A DNA stretch of 64,000 nt, taken from Lingula anatina. Taxonomy: Eukaryota; Animalia; Brachiopoda. The notes beneath the pieces are model-generated. The model did no database searches. It was not told the origin of the DNA and saw only the letters and a list, made by a program, of their open reading frames with translations. The DNA lies in the NCBI GenBank assembly GCA_051362555.1, contig CM120644.1, forward strand, positions 10,250,067 to 10,314,066, written 5' to 3'. Both the position numbers and the translations under genes were made by a program. This document shows positions 51,701-64,000 of the stretch, piece after piece; positions within the stretch are counted from its first letter, which is position 1; each line of letters opens with the position of its first letter.

Positions 51701-54700
51701 GGTGCAGGTGAAACTGCCCACGGTGTTGGCGCATGTGGCATTCTCAGCGCAATCATCTGTGGCTAGGGCACATTCGTCTACATCGGCACACGCTGTGCCG
51801 TCGCCGGTGAAACCAGCCAGGCAGGTGCAGGTGAAACTGCCCACGGTGTTGGCGCATGTGGCATTCTCAGCGCAATCATCTGTGGCTAGGGCACATTCGT
51901 CTACATCGGCACACGCTGTGCCGTCGCCGGTGAAACCAGCCAGGCAGGTGCAGGTGAAACTGCCCACGGTGTTGGCGCATGTGGCATTCTCAGCGCAATC
52001 ATCTGTGGCTAGGGCACATTCGTCTACATCGGCACACGCTGTGCCGTCGCCGGTGAAACCAGCCAGGCAGGTGCAGGTGAAACTGCCCACGGTGTTGGCG
52101 CATGTGGCATTCTCAGCGCAATCATCTGTGGCTAGGGCACATTCGTCTACATCGGCACACGCTGTGCCGTCGCCGGTGAAACCAGCCAGGCAGGTGCAGG
52201 TGAAACTGCCCACGGTGTTGGCGCATGTGGCATTCTCAGCGCAATCATCTGTGGCTAGGGCACATTCGTCTACATCGGCACACGCTGTGCCGTCGCCGGT
52301 GAAACCAGCCAGGCAGGTGCAGGTGAAACTGCCCGACGGTGTTGGCGCATGTGGCATTCTCAGCGCAATCATCTGTGGCTAGGGCACATTCGTCTACATC
52401 GGCACACGCTGTGCCGTCGCCGGTGAAACCAGCCAGGCAGGTGCAGGTGAAACTGCCCACGGTGTTGGCGCATGTGGCATTCTCAGCGCAATCATCTGTG
52501 GCTAGGGCACATTCGTCTACATCGGCACACGCTGTGCCGTCGCCGGTGAAACCAGCCAGGCAGGTGCAGGTGAAACTGCCCACGGTGTTGGCGCATGTGG
52601 CATTCTCAGCGCAATCATCTGTGGCTAGGGCACATTCGTCTACATCGGCACACGCTGTGCCGTCGCCGGTGAAACCAGCCAGGCAGGTGCAGGTGAAACT
52701 GCCCACGGTGTTGGCGCATGTGGCATTCTCAGCGCAATCATCTGTGGCTAGGGCACATTCGTCTACATCGGCACACGCTGTGCCGTCGCCGGTGAAACCA
52801 GCCAGGCAGGTGCAGGTGAAACTGCCCACGGTGTTGGCGCATGTGGCATTCTCAGCGCAATCATCTGTGGCTAGGGCACATTCGTCTACATCGGCACACG
52901 CTGTGCCGTCGCCGGTGAAACCAGCCAGGCAGGTGCAGGTGAAACTGCCCACGGTGTTGGCGCATGTGGCATTCTCAGCGCAATCATCTGTGGCTAGGGC
53001 ACATTCGTCTACATCGGCACACGCTGTGCCGTCGCCGGTGAAACCAGCCAGGCAGGTGCAGGTGAAACTGCCCACGGTGTTGGCGCATGTGGCATTCTCA
53101 GCGCAATCATCTGTGGCTAGGGCACATTCGTCTACATCGGCACACGCTGTGCCGTCGCCGGTGAAACCAGCCAGGCAGGTGCAGGTGAAACTGCCCACGG
53201 TGTTGGCGCATGTGGCATTCTCAGCGCAATCATCTGTGGCTAGGGCACATTCGTCTACATCGGCACACGCTGTGCCGTCGCCGGTGAAACCAGCCAGGCA
53301 GGTGCAGGTGAAACTGCCCACGGTGTTGGCGCATGTGGCATTCTCAGCGCAATCATCTGTGGCTAGGGCACATTCGTCTACATCGGCACACGCTGTGCCG
53401 TCGCCGGTGAAACCAGCCAGGCAGGTGCAGGTGAAACTGCCCACGGTGTTGGCGCATGTGGCATTCTCAGCGCAATCATCTGTGGCTAGGGCACATTCGT
53501 CTACATCGGCACACGCTGTGCCGTCGCCGGTGAAACCAGCCAGGCAGGTGCAGGTGAAACTGCCCACGGTGTTGGCGCATGTGGCATTCTCAGCGCAATC
53601 ATCTGTGGCTAGGGCACATTCGTCTACATCGGCACACGCTGTGCCGTCGCCGGTGAAACCAGCCAGGCAGGTGCAGGTGAAACTGCCCACGGTGTTGGCG
53701 CATGTGGCATTCTCAGCGCAATCATCTGTGGCTAGGGCACATTCGTCTACATCGGCACACGCTGTGCCGTCGCCGGTGAAACCAGCCAGGCAGGTGCAGG
53801 TGAAACTGCCCACGGTGTTGGCGCATGTGGCATTCTCAGCGCAATCATCTGTGGCTAGGGCACATTCGTCTACATCGGCACACGCTGTGCCGTCGCCGGT
53901 GAAACCAGCCAGGCAGGTGCAGGTGAAACTGCCCACGGTGTTGGCGCATGTGGCATTCTCAGCGCAATCATCTGTGGCTAGGGCACATTCGTCTACATCG
54001 GCACACGCTGTGCCGTCGCCGGTGAAACCAGCCAGGCAGGTGCAGGTGAAACTGCCCACGGTGTTGGCGCATGTGGCATTCTCAGCGCAATCATCTGTGG
54101 CTAGGGCACATTCGTCTACATCGGCACACGCTGTGCCGTCGCCGGTGAAACCAGCCAGGCAGGTGCAGGTGAAACTGCCCACGGTGTTGGCGCATGTGGC
54201 ATTCTCAGCGCAATCATCTGTGGCTAGGGCACATTCGTCTACATCGGCACACGCTGTGCCGTCGCCGGTGAAACCAGCCAGGCAGGTGCAGGTGAAACTG
54301 CCCACGGTGTTGGCGCATGTGGCATTCTCAGCGCAATCATCTGTGGCTAGGGCACATTCGTCTACATCGGCACACGCTGTGCCGTCGCCGGTGAAACCAG
54401 CCAGGCAGGTGCAGGTGAAACTGCCCACGGTGTTGGCGCATGTGGCATTCTCAGCGCAATCATCTGTGGCTAGGGCACATTCGTCTACATCGGCACACGC
54501 TGTGCCGTCGCCGGTGAAACCAGCCAGGCAGGTGCAGGTGAAACTGCCCACGGTGTTGGCGCATGTGGCATTCTCAGCGCAATCATCTGTGGCTAGGGCA
54601 CATTCGTCTACATCGGCACACGCTGTGCCGTCGCCGGTGAAACCAGCCAGGCAGGTGCAGGTGAAACTGCCCACGGTGTTGGCGCATGTGGCATTCTCAG

Positions 54701-57700
54701 CGCAATCATCTGTGGCTAGGGCACATTCGTCTACATCGGCACACGCTGTGCCGTCGCCGGTGAAACCAGCCAGGCAGGTGCAGGTGAAACTGCCCACGGT
54801 GTTGGCGCATGTGGCATTCTCAGCGCAATCATCTGTGGCTAGGGCACATTCGTCTACATCGGCACACGCTGTGCCGTCGCCGGTGAAACCAGCCAGGCAG
54901 GTGCAGGTGAAACTGCCCACGGTGTTGGCGCATGTGGCATTCTCAGCGCAATCATCTGTGGCTAGGGCACATTCGTCTACATCGGCACACGCTGTGCCGT
55001 CGCCGGTGAAACCAGCCAGGCAGGTGCAGGTGAAACTGCCCACGGTGTTGGCGCATGTGGCATTCTCAGCGCAATCATCTGTGGCTAGGGCACATTCGTC
55101 TACATCGGCACACGCTGTGCCGTCGCCGGTGAAACCAGCCAGGCAGGTGCAGGTGAAACTGCCCACGGTGTTGGCGCATGTGGCATTCTCAGCGCAATCA
55201 TCTGTGGCTAGGGCACATTCGTCTACATCGGCACACGCTGTGCCGTCGCCGGTGAAACCAGCCAGGCAGGTGCAGGTGAAACTGCCCACGGTGTTGGCGC
55301 ATGTGGCATTCTCAGCGCAATCATCTGTGGCTAGGGCACATTCGTCTACATCGGCACACGCTGTGCCGTCGCCGGTGAAACCAGCCAGGCAGGTGCAGGT
55401 GAAACTGCCCACGGTGTTGGCGCATGTGGCATTCTCAGCGCAATCATCTGTGGCTAGGGCACATTCGTCTACATCGGCACACGCTGTGCCGTCGCCGGTG
55501 AAACCAGCCAGGCAGGTGCAGGTGAAACTGCCCACGGTGTTGGCGCATGTGGCATTCTCAGCGCAATCATCTGTGGCTAGGGCACATTCGTCTACATCGG
55601 CACACGCTGTGCCGTCGCCGGTGAAACCAGCCAGGCAGGTGCAGGTGAAACTGCCCACGGTGTTGGCGCATGTGGCATTCTCAGCGCAATCATCTGTGGC
55701 TAGGGCACATTCGTCTACATCGGCACACGCTGTGCCGTCGCCGGTGAAACCAGCCAGGCAGGTGCAGGTGAAACTGCCCACGGTGTTGGCGCATGTGGCA
55801 TTCTCAGCGCAATCATCTGTGGCTAGGGCACATTCGTCTACATCGGCACACGCTGTGCCGTCGCCGGTGAAACCAGCCAGGCAGGTGCAGGTGAAACTGC
55901 CCACGGTGTTGGCGCATGTGGCATTCTCAGCGCAATCATCTGTGGCTAGGGCACATTCGTCTACATCGGCACACGCTGTGCCGTCGCCGGTGAAACCAGC
56001 CAGGCAGGTGCAGGTGAAACTGCCCACGGTGTTGGCGCATGTGGCATTCTCAGCGCAATCATCTGTGGCTAGGGCACATTCGTCTACATCGGCACACGCT
56101 GTGCCGTCGCCGGTGAAACCAGCCAGGCAGGTGCAGGTGAAACTGCCCACGGTGTTGGCGCATGTGGCATTCTCAGCGCAATCATCTGTGGCTAGGGCAC
56201 ATTCGTCTACATCGGCACACGCTGTGCCGTCGCCGGTGAAACCAGCCAGGCAGGTGCAGGTGAAACTGCCCACGGTGTTGGCGCATGTGGCATTCTCAGC
56301 GCAATCATCTGTGGCTAGGGCACATTCGTCTACATCGGCACACGCTGTGCCGTCGCCGGTGAAACCAGCCAGGCAGGTGCAGGTGAAACTGCCCACGGTG
56401 TTGGCGCATGTGGCATTCTCAGCGCAATCATCTGTGGCTAGGGCACATTCGTCTACATCGGCACACGCTGTGCCGTCGCCGGTGAAACCAGCCAGGCAGG
56501 TGCAGGTGAAACTGCCCACGGTGTTGGCGCATGTGGCATTCTCAGCGCAATCATCTGTGGCTAGGGCACATTCGTCTACATCGGCACACGCTGTGCCGTC
56601 GCCGGTGAAACCAGCCAGGCAGGTGCAGGTGAAACTGCCCACGGTGTTGGCGCATGTGGCATTCTCAGCGCAATCATCTGTGGCTAGGGCACATTCGTCT
56701 ACATCGGCACACGCTGTGCCGTCGCCGGTGAAACCAGCCAGGCAGGTGCAGGTGAAACTGCCCACGGTGTTGGCGCATGTGGCATTCTCAGCGCAATCAT
56801 CTGTGGCTAGGGCACATTCGTCTACATCGGCACACGCTGTGCCGTCGCCGGTGAAACCAGCCAGGCAGGTGCAGGTGAAACTGCCCACGGTGTTGGCGCA
56901 TGTGGCATTCTCAGCGCAATCATCTGTGGCTAGGGCACATTCGTCTACATCGGCACACGCTGTGCCGTCGCCGGTGAAACCAGCCAGGCAGGTGCAGGTG
57001 AAACTGCCCACGGTGTTGGCGCATGTGGCATTCTCAGCGCAATCATCTGTGGCTAGGGCACATTCGTCTACATCGGCACACGCTGTGCCGTCGCCGGTGA
57101 AACCAGCCAGGCAGGTGCAGGTGAAACTGCCCACGGTGTTGGCGCATGTGGCATTCTCAGCGCAATCATCTGTGGCTAGGGCACATTCGTCTACATCGGC
57201 ACACGCTGTGCCGTCGCCGGTGAAACCAGCCAGGCAGGTGCAGGTGAAACTGCCCACGGTGTTGGCGCATGTGGCATTCTCAGCGCAATCATCTGTGGCT
57301 AGGGCACATTCGTCTACATCGGCACACGCTGTGCCGTCGCCGGTGAAACCAGCCAGGCAGGTGCAGGTGAAACTGCCCACGGTGTTGGCGCATGTGGCAT
57401 TCTCAGCGCAATCATCTGTGGCTAGGGCACATTCGTCTACATCGGCACACGCTGTGCCGTCGCCGGTGAAACCAGCCAGGCAGGTGCAGGTGAAACTGCC
57501 CACGGTGTTGGCGCATGTGGCATTCTCAGCGCAATCATCTGTGGCTAGGGCACATTCGTCTACATCGGCACACGCTGTGCCGTCGCCGGTGAAACCAGCC
57601 AGGCAGGTGCAGGTGAAACTGCCCACGGTGTTGGCGCATGTGGCATTCTCAGCGCAATCATCTGTGGCTAGGGCACATTCGTCTACATCGGCACACGCTG

Positions 57701-60700
57701 TGCCGTCGCCGGTGAAACCAGCCAGGCAGGTGCAGGTGAAACTGCCCACGGTGTTGGCGCATGTGGCATTCTCAGCGCAATCATCTGTGGCTAGGGCACA
57801 TTCGTCTACATCGGCACACGCTGTGCCGTCGCCGGTGAAACCAGCCAGGCAGGTGCAGGTGAAACTGCCCACGGTGTTGGCGCATGTGGCATTCTCAGCG
57901 CAATCATCTGTGGCTAGGGCACATTCGTCTACATCGGCACACGCTGTGCCGTCGCCGGTGAAACCAGCCAGGCAGGTGCAGGTGAAACTGCCCACGGTGT
58001 TGGCGCATGTGGCATTCTCAGCGCAATCATCTGTGGCTAGGGCACATTCGTCTACATCGGCACACGCTGTGCCGTCGCCGGTGAAACCAGCCAGGCAGGT
58101 GCAGGTGAAACTGCCCACGGTGTTGGCGCATGTGGCATTCTCAGCGCAATCATCTGTGGCTAGGGCACATTCGTCTACATCGGCACACGCTGTGCCGTCG
58201 CCGGTGAAACCAGCCAGGCAGGTGCAGGTGAAACTGCCCACGGTGTTGGCGCATGTGGCATTCTCAGCGCAATCATCTGTGGCTAGGGCACATTCGTCTA
58301 CATCGGCACACGCTGTGCCGTCGCCGGTGAAACCAGCCAGGCAGGTGCAGGTGAAACTGCCCACGGTGTTGGCGCATGTGGCATTCTCAGCGCAATCATC
58401 TGTGGCTAGGGCACATTCGTCTACATCGGCACACGCTGTGCCGTCGCCGGTGAAACCAGCCAGGCAGGTGCAGGTGAAACTGCCCACGGTGTTGGCGCAT
58501 GTGGCATTCTCAGCGCAATCATCTGTGGCTAGGGCACATTCGTCTACATCGGCACACGCTGTGCCGTCGCCGGTGAAACCAGCCAGGCAGGTGCAGGTGA
58601 AACTGCCCACGGTGTTGGCGCATGTGGCATTCTCAGCGCAATCATCTGTGGCTAGGGCACATTCGTCTACATCGGCACACGCTGTGCCGTCGCCGGTGAA
58701 ACCAGCCAGGCAGGTGCAGGTGAAACTGCCCACGGTGTTGGCGCATGTGGCATTCTCAGCGCAATCATCTGTGGCTAGGGCACATTCGTCTACATCGGCA
58801 CACGCTGTGCCGTCGCCGGTGAAACCAGCCAGGCAGGTGCAGGTGAAACTGCCCACGGTGTTGGCGCATGTGGCATTCTCAGCGCAATCATCTGTGGCTA
58901 GGGCACATTCGTCTACATCGGCACACGCTGTGCCGTCGCCGGTGAAACCAGCCAGGCAGGTGCAGGTGAAACTGCCCACGGTGTTGGCGCATGTGGCATT
59001 CTCAGCGCAATCATCTGTGGCTAGGGCACATTCGTCTACATCGGCACACGCTGTGCCGTCGCCGGTGAAACCAGCCAGGCAGGTGCAGGTGAAACTGCCC
59101 ACGGTGTTGGCGCATGTGGCATTCTCAGCGCAATCATCTGTGGCTAGGGCACATTCGTCTACATCGGCACACGCTGTGCCGTCGCCGGTGAAACCAGCCA
59201 GGCAGGTGCAGGTGAAACTGCCCACGGTGTTGGCGCATGTGGCATTCTCAGCGCAATCATCTGTGGCTAGGGCACATTCGTCTACATCGGCACACGCTGT
59301 GCCGTCGCCGGTGAAACCAGCCAGGCAGGTGCAGGTGAAACTGCCCACGGTGTTGGCGCATGTGGCATTCTCAGCGCAATCATCTGTGGCTAGGGCACAT
59401 TCGTCTACATCGGCACACGCTGTGCCGTCGCCGGTGAAACCAGCCAGGCAGGTGCAGGTGAAACTGCCCACGGTGTTGGCGCATGTGGCATTCTCAGCGC
59501 AATCATCTGTGGCTAGGGCACATTCGTCTACATCGGCACACGCTGTGCCGTCGCCGGTGAAACCAGCCAGGCAGGTGCAGGTGAAACTGCCCACGGTGTT
59601 GGCGCATGTGGCATTCTCAGCGCAATCATCTGTGGCTAGGGCACATTCGTCTACATCGGCACACGCTGTGCCGTCGCCGGTGAAACCAGCCAGGCAGGTG
59701 CAGGTGAAACTGCCCACGGTGTTGGCGCATGTGGCATTCTCAGCGCAATCATCTGTGGCTAGGGCACATTCGTCTACATCGGCACACGCTGTGCCGTCGC
59801 CGGTGAAACCAGCCAGGCAGGTGCAGGTGAAACTGCCCACGGTGTTGGCGCATGTGGCATTCTCAGCGCAATCATCTGTGGCTAGGGCACATTCGTCTAC
59901 ATCGGCACACGCTGTGCCGTCGCCGGTGAAACCAGCCAGGCAGGTGCAGGTGAAACTGCCCACGGTGTTGGCGCATGTGGCATTCTCAGCGCAATCATCT
60001 GTGGCTAGGGCACATTCGTCTACATCGGCACACGCTGTGCCGTCGCCGGTGAAACCAGCCAGGCAGGTGCAGGTGAAACTGCCCACGGTGTTGGCGCATG
60101 TGGCATTCTCAGCGCAATCATCTGTGGCTAGGGCACATTCGTCTACATCGGCACACGCTGTGCCGTCGCCGGTGAAACCAGCCAGGCAGGTGCAGGTGAA
60201 ACTGCCCACGGTGTTGGCGCATGTGGCATTCTCAGCGCAATCATCTGTGGCTAGGGCACATTCGTCTACATCGGCACACGCTGTGCCGTCGCCGGTGAAA
60301 CCAGCCAGGCAGGTGCAGGTGAAACTGCCCACGGTGTTGGCGCATGTGGCATTCTCAGCGCAATCATCTGTGGCTAGGGCACATTCGTCTACATCGGCAC
60401 ACGCTGTGCCGTCGCCGGTGAAACCAGCCAGGCAGGTGCAGGTGAAACTGCCCACGGTGTTGGCGCATGTGGCATTCTCAGCGCAATCATCTGTGGCTAG
60501 GGCACATTCGTCTACATCGGCACACGCTGTGCCGTCGCCGGTGAAACCAGCCAGGCAGGTGCAGGTGAAACTGCCCACGGTGTTGGCGCATGTGGCATTC
60601 TCAGCGCAATCATCTGTGGCTAGGGCACATTCGTCTACATCGGCACACGCTGTGCCGTCGCCGGTGAAACCAGCCAGGCAGGTGCAGGTGAAACTGCCCA

Positions 60701-63700
60701 CGGTGTTGGCGCATGTGGCATTCTCAGCGCAATCATCTGTGGCTAGGGCACATTCGTCTACATCGGCACACGCTGTGCCGTCGCCGGTGAAACCAGCCAG
60801 GCAGGTGCAGGTGAAACTGCCCACGGTGTTGGCGCATGTGGCATTCTCAGCGCAATCATCTGTGGCTAGGGCACATTCGTCTACATCGGCACACGCTGTG
60901 CCGTCGCCGGTGAAACCAGCCAGGCAGGTGCAGGTGAAACTGCCCACGGTGTTGGCGCATGTGGCATTCTCAGCGCAATCATCTGTGGCTAGGGCACATT
61001 CGTCTACATCGGCACACGCTGTGCCGTCGCCGGTGAAACCAGCCAGGCAGGTGCAGGTGAAACTGCCCACGGTGTTGGCGCATGTGGCATTCTCAGCGCA
61101 ATCATCTGTGGCTAGGGCACATTCGTCTACATCGGCACACGCTGTGCCGTCGCCGGTGAAACCAGCCAGGCAGGTGCAGGTGAAACTGCCCACGGTGTTG
61201 GCGCATGTGGCATTCTCAGCGCAATCATCTGTGGCTAGGGCACATTCGTCTACATCGGCACACGCTGTGCCGTCGCCGGTGAAACCAGCCAGGCAGGTGC
61301 AGGTGAAACTGCCCACGGTGTTGGCGCATGTGGCATTCTCAGCGCAATCATCTGTGGCTAGGGCACATTCGTCTACATCGGCACACGCTGTGCCGTCGCC
61401 GGTGAAACCAGCCAGGCAGGTGCAGGTGAAACTGCCCACGGTGTTGGCGCATGTGGCATTCTCAGCGCAATCATCTGTGGCTAGGGCACATTCGTCTACA
61501 TCGGCACACGCTGTGCCGTCGCCGGTGAAACCAGCCAGGCAGGTGCAGGTGAAACTGCCCACGGTGTTGGCGCATGTGGCATTCTCAGCGCAATCATCTG
61601 TGGCTAGGGCACATTCGTCTACATCGGCACACGCTGTGCCGTCGCCGGTGAAACCAGCCAGGCAGGTGCAGGTGAAACTGCCCACGGTGTTGGCGCATGT
61701 GGCATTCTCAGCGCAATCATCTGTGGCTAGGGCACATTCGTCTACATCGGCACACGCTGTGCCGTCGCCGGTGAAACCAGCCAGGCAGGTGCAGGTGAAA
61801 CTGCCCACGGTGTTGGCGCATGTGGCATTCTCAGCGCAATCATCTGTGGCTAGGGCACATTCGTCTACATCGGCACACGCTGTGCCGTCGCCGGTGAAAC
61901 CAGCCAGGCAGGTGCAGGTGAAACTGCCCACGGTGTTGGCGCATGTGGCATTCTCAGCGCAATCATCTGTGGCTAGGGCACATTCGTCTACATCGGCACA
62001 CGCTGTGCCGTCGCCGGTGAAACCAGCCAGGCAGGTGCAGGTGAAACTGCCCACGGTGTTGGCGCATGTGGCATTCTCAGCGCAATCATCTGTGGCTAGG
62101 GCACATTCGTCTACATCGGCACACGCTGTGCCGTCGCCGGTGAAACCAGCCAGGCAGGTGCAGGTGAAACTGCCCACGGTGTTGGCGCATGTGGCATTCT
62201 CAGCGCAATCATCTGTGGCTAGGGCACATTCGTCTACATCGGCACACGCTGTGCCGTCGCCGGTGAAACCAGCCAGGCAGGTGCAGGTGAAACTGCCCAC
62301 GGTGTTGGCGCATGTGGCATTCTCAGCGCAATCATCTGTGGCTAGGGCACATTCGTCTACATCGGCACACGCTGTGCCGTCGCCGGTGAAACCAGCCAGG
62401 CAGGTGCAGGTGAAACTGCCCACGGTGTTGGCGCATGTGGCATTCTCAGCGCAATCATCTGTGGCTAGGGCACATTCGTCTACATCGGCACACGCTGTGC
62501 CGTCGCCGGTGAAACCAGCCAGGCAGGTGCAGGTGAAACTGCCCACGGTGTTGGCGCATGTGGCATTCTCAGCGCAATCATCTGTGGCTAGGGCACATTC
62601 GTCTACATCGGCACACGCTGTGCCGTCGCCGGTGAAACCAGCCAGGCAGGTGCAGGTGAAACTGCCCACGGTGTTGGCGCATGTGGCATTCTCAGCGCAA
62701 TCATCTGTGGCTAGGGCACATTCGTCTACATCGGCACACGCTGTGCCGTCGCCGGTGAAACCAGCCAGGCAGGTGCAGGTGAAACTGCCCACGGTGTTGG
62801 CGCATGTGGCATTCTCAGCGCAATCATCTGTGGCTAGGGCACATTCGTCTACATCGGCACACGCTGTGCCGTCGCCGGTGAAACCAGCCAGGCAGGTGCA
62901 GGTGAAACTGCCCACGGTGTTGGCGCATGTGGCATTCTCAGCGCAATCATCTGTGGCTAGGGCACATTCGTCTACATCGGCACACGCTGTGCCGTCGCCG
63001 GTGAAACCAGCCAGGCAGGTGCAGGTGAAACTGCCCACGGTGTTGGCGCATGTGGCATTCTCAGCGCAATCATCTGTGGCTAGGGCACATTCGTCTACAT
63101 CGGCACACGCTGTGCCGTCGCCGGTGAAACCAGCCAGGCAGGTGCAGGTGAAACTGCCCACGGTGTTGGCGCATGTGGCATTCTCAGCGCAATCATCTGT
63201 GGCTAGGGCACATTCGTCTACATCGGCACACGCTGTGCCGTCGCCGGTGAAACCAGCCAGGCAGGTGCAGGTGAAACTGCCCACGGTGTTGGCGCATGTG
63301 GCATTCTCAGCGCAATCATCTGTGGCTAGGGCACATTCGTCTACATCGGCACACGCTGTGCCGTCGCCGGTGAAACCAGCCAGGCAGGTGCAGGTGAAAC
63401 TGCCCACGGTGTTGGCGCATGTGGCATTCTCAGCGCAATCATCTGTGGCTAGGGCACATTCGTCTACATCGGCACACGCTGTGCCGTCGCCGGTGAAACC
63501 AGCCAGGCAGGTGCAGGTGAAACTGCCCACGGTGTTGGCGCATGTGGCATTCTCAGCGCAATCATCTGTGGCTAGGGCACATTCGTCTACATCGGCACAC
63601 GCTGTGCCGTCGCCGGTGAAACCAGCCAGGCAGGTGCAGGTGAAACTGCCCACGGTGTTGGCGCATGTGGCATTCTCAGCGCAATCATCTGTGGCTAGGG

Positions 63701-64000
63701 CACATTCGTCTACATCGGCACACGCTGTGCCGTCGCCGGTGAAACCAGCCAGGCAGGTGCAGGTGAAACTGCCCACGGTGTTGGCGCATGTGGCATTCTC
63801 AGCGCAATCATCTGTGGCTAGGGCACATTCGTCTACATCGGCACACGCTGTGCCGTCGCCGGTGAAACCAGCCAGGCAGGTGCAGGTGAAACTGCCCACG
63901 GTGTTGGCGCATGTGGCATTCTCAGCGCAATCATCTGTGGCTAGGGCACATTCGTCTACATCGGCACACGCTGTGCCGTCGCCGGTGAAACCAGCCAGGC
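30741..64000 (-). CDS. Gene B giant exon (starts beyond the right edge): ~270 tandem cbEGF domains; 1-nt insertions at 45191 and 52335
   Basis: Three ORF-track segments in successive frames. Ends NCDDIR A|gtaagg, a phase-1 donor matching the lectin exon. Confidence 0.85.
30790..64000 (-). repeat. Coding tandem array B, 123-bp unit, essentially invariant
   Basis: No substitutions noticed by eye outside the terminal unit. Carries ccagccagg where most array A units carry ccagctagg (synonymous Leu). Confidence 0.95.

Noticed and set aside
30761-52382. Huge + strand ORFs (AHSSTSAHAVPSPVKPARQVQVKLPTVLAHVAFSAQSSVAR)n, also at 2-8389
   Set aside because: Antisense shadow of the cbEGF frame: one stop-free 123-bp unit repeated gives an endless ORF. 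Splice sites, signal peptide and domain logic are all on the minus strand, and a + frame stop at 1016-1018 is tolerated.
1-64000. CRISPR array or non-coding centromeric satellite interpretation of the 123-bp repeats
   Set aside because: No unique spacers or cas genes. The unit is 41 codons of a canonical cbEGF and is joined to spliced exons.
28209-64000. Naming the gene fibrillin, Notch, dumpy or uromodulin
   Set aside because: No TB, LNR/ankyrin, DPY or ZP domains seen; similarity would reflect only the generic cbEGF motif.

Overview
Eukaryotic genomic DNA, probably from an animal and likely a marine invertebrate (inference from repeat families). It holds two head-to-tail, minus-strand, spliced paralogous genes built on the same 123-bp unit, which encodes a 41-aa calcium-binding EGF domain (DVDECALATDDCAENATCANTVGSFTCTCLAGFTGDGTACA). 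Gene A shows its 5' end: a signal-peptide exon (13224-13185), an EGF-like exon (9391-9191), and a giant exon (8894 to beyond base 1). That exon contains an EGF domain split by an ~89-aa furin-site/mucin insert, then ~67 moderately diverged repeats with a 21-unit higher-order duplication. Gene B shows its 3' end: a single exon of >33 kb with ~270 essentially identical repeats (two 1-nt insertions), then a duplicated cassette of C-type lectin, 3xEGF and C-type lectin exons. Two further orphan lectin tails lie downstream. The intron and intergenic DNA (~9-28 kb) is mostly decayed transposons: three Tc1/mariner relics, a MITE, a LINE RT split by a TIR element carrying a hammerhead-like motif, a GA-mismatch hairpin, a Helentron-like 146-bp satellite and a Kolobok-like element with long inverted repeats. 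The long + strand ORFs are antisense shadows of the arrays. All exon models were read by hand and have no transcript support.
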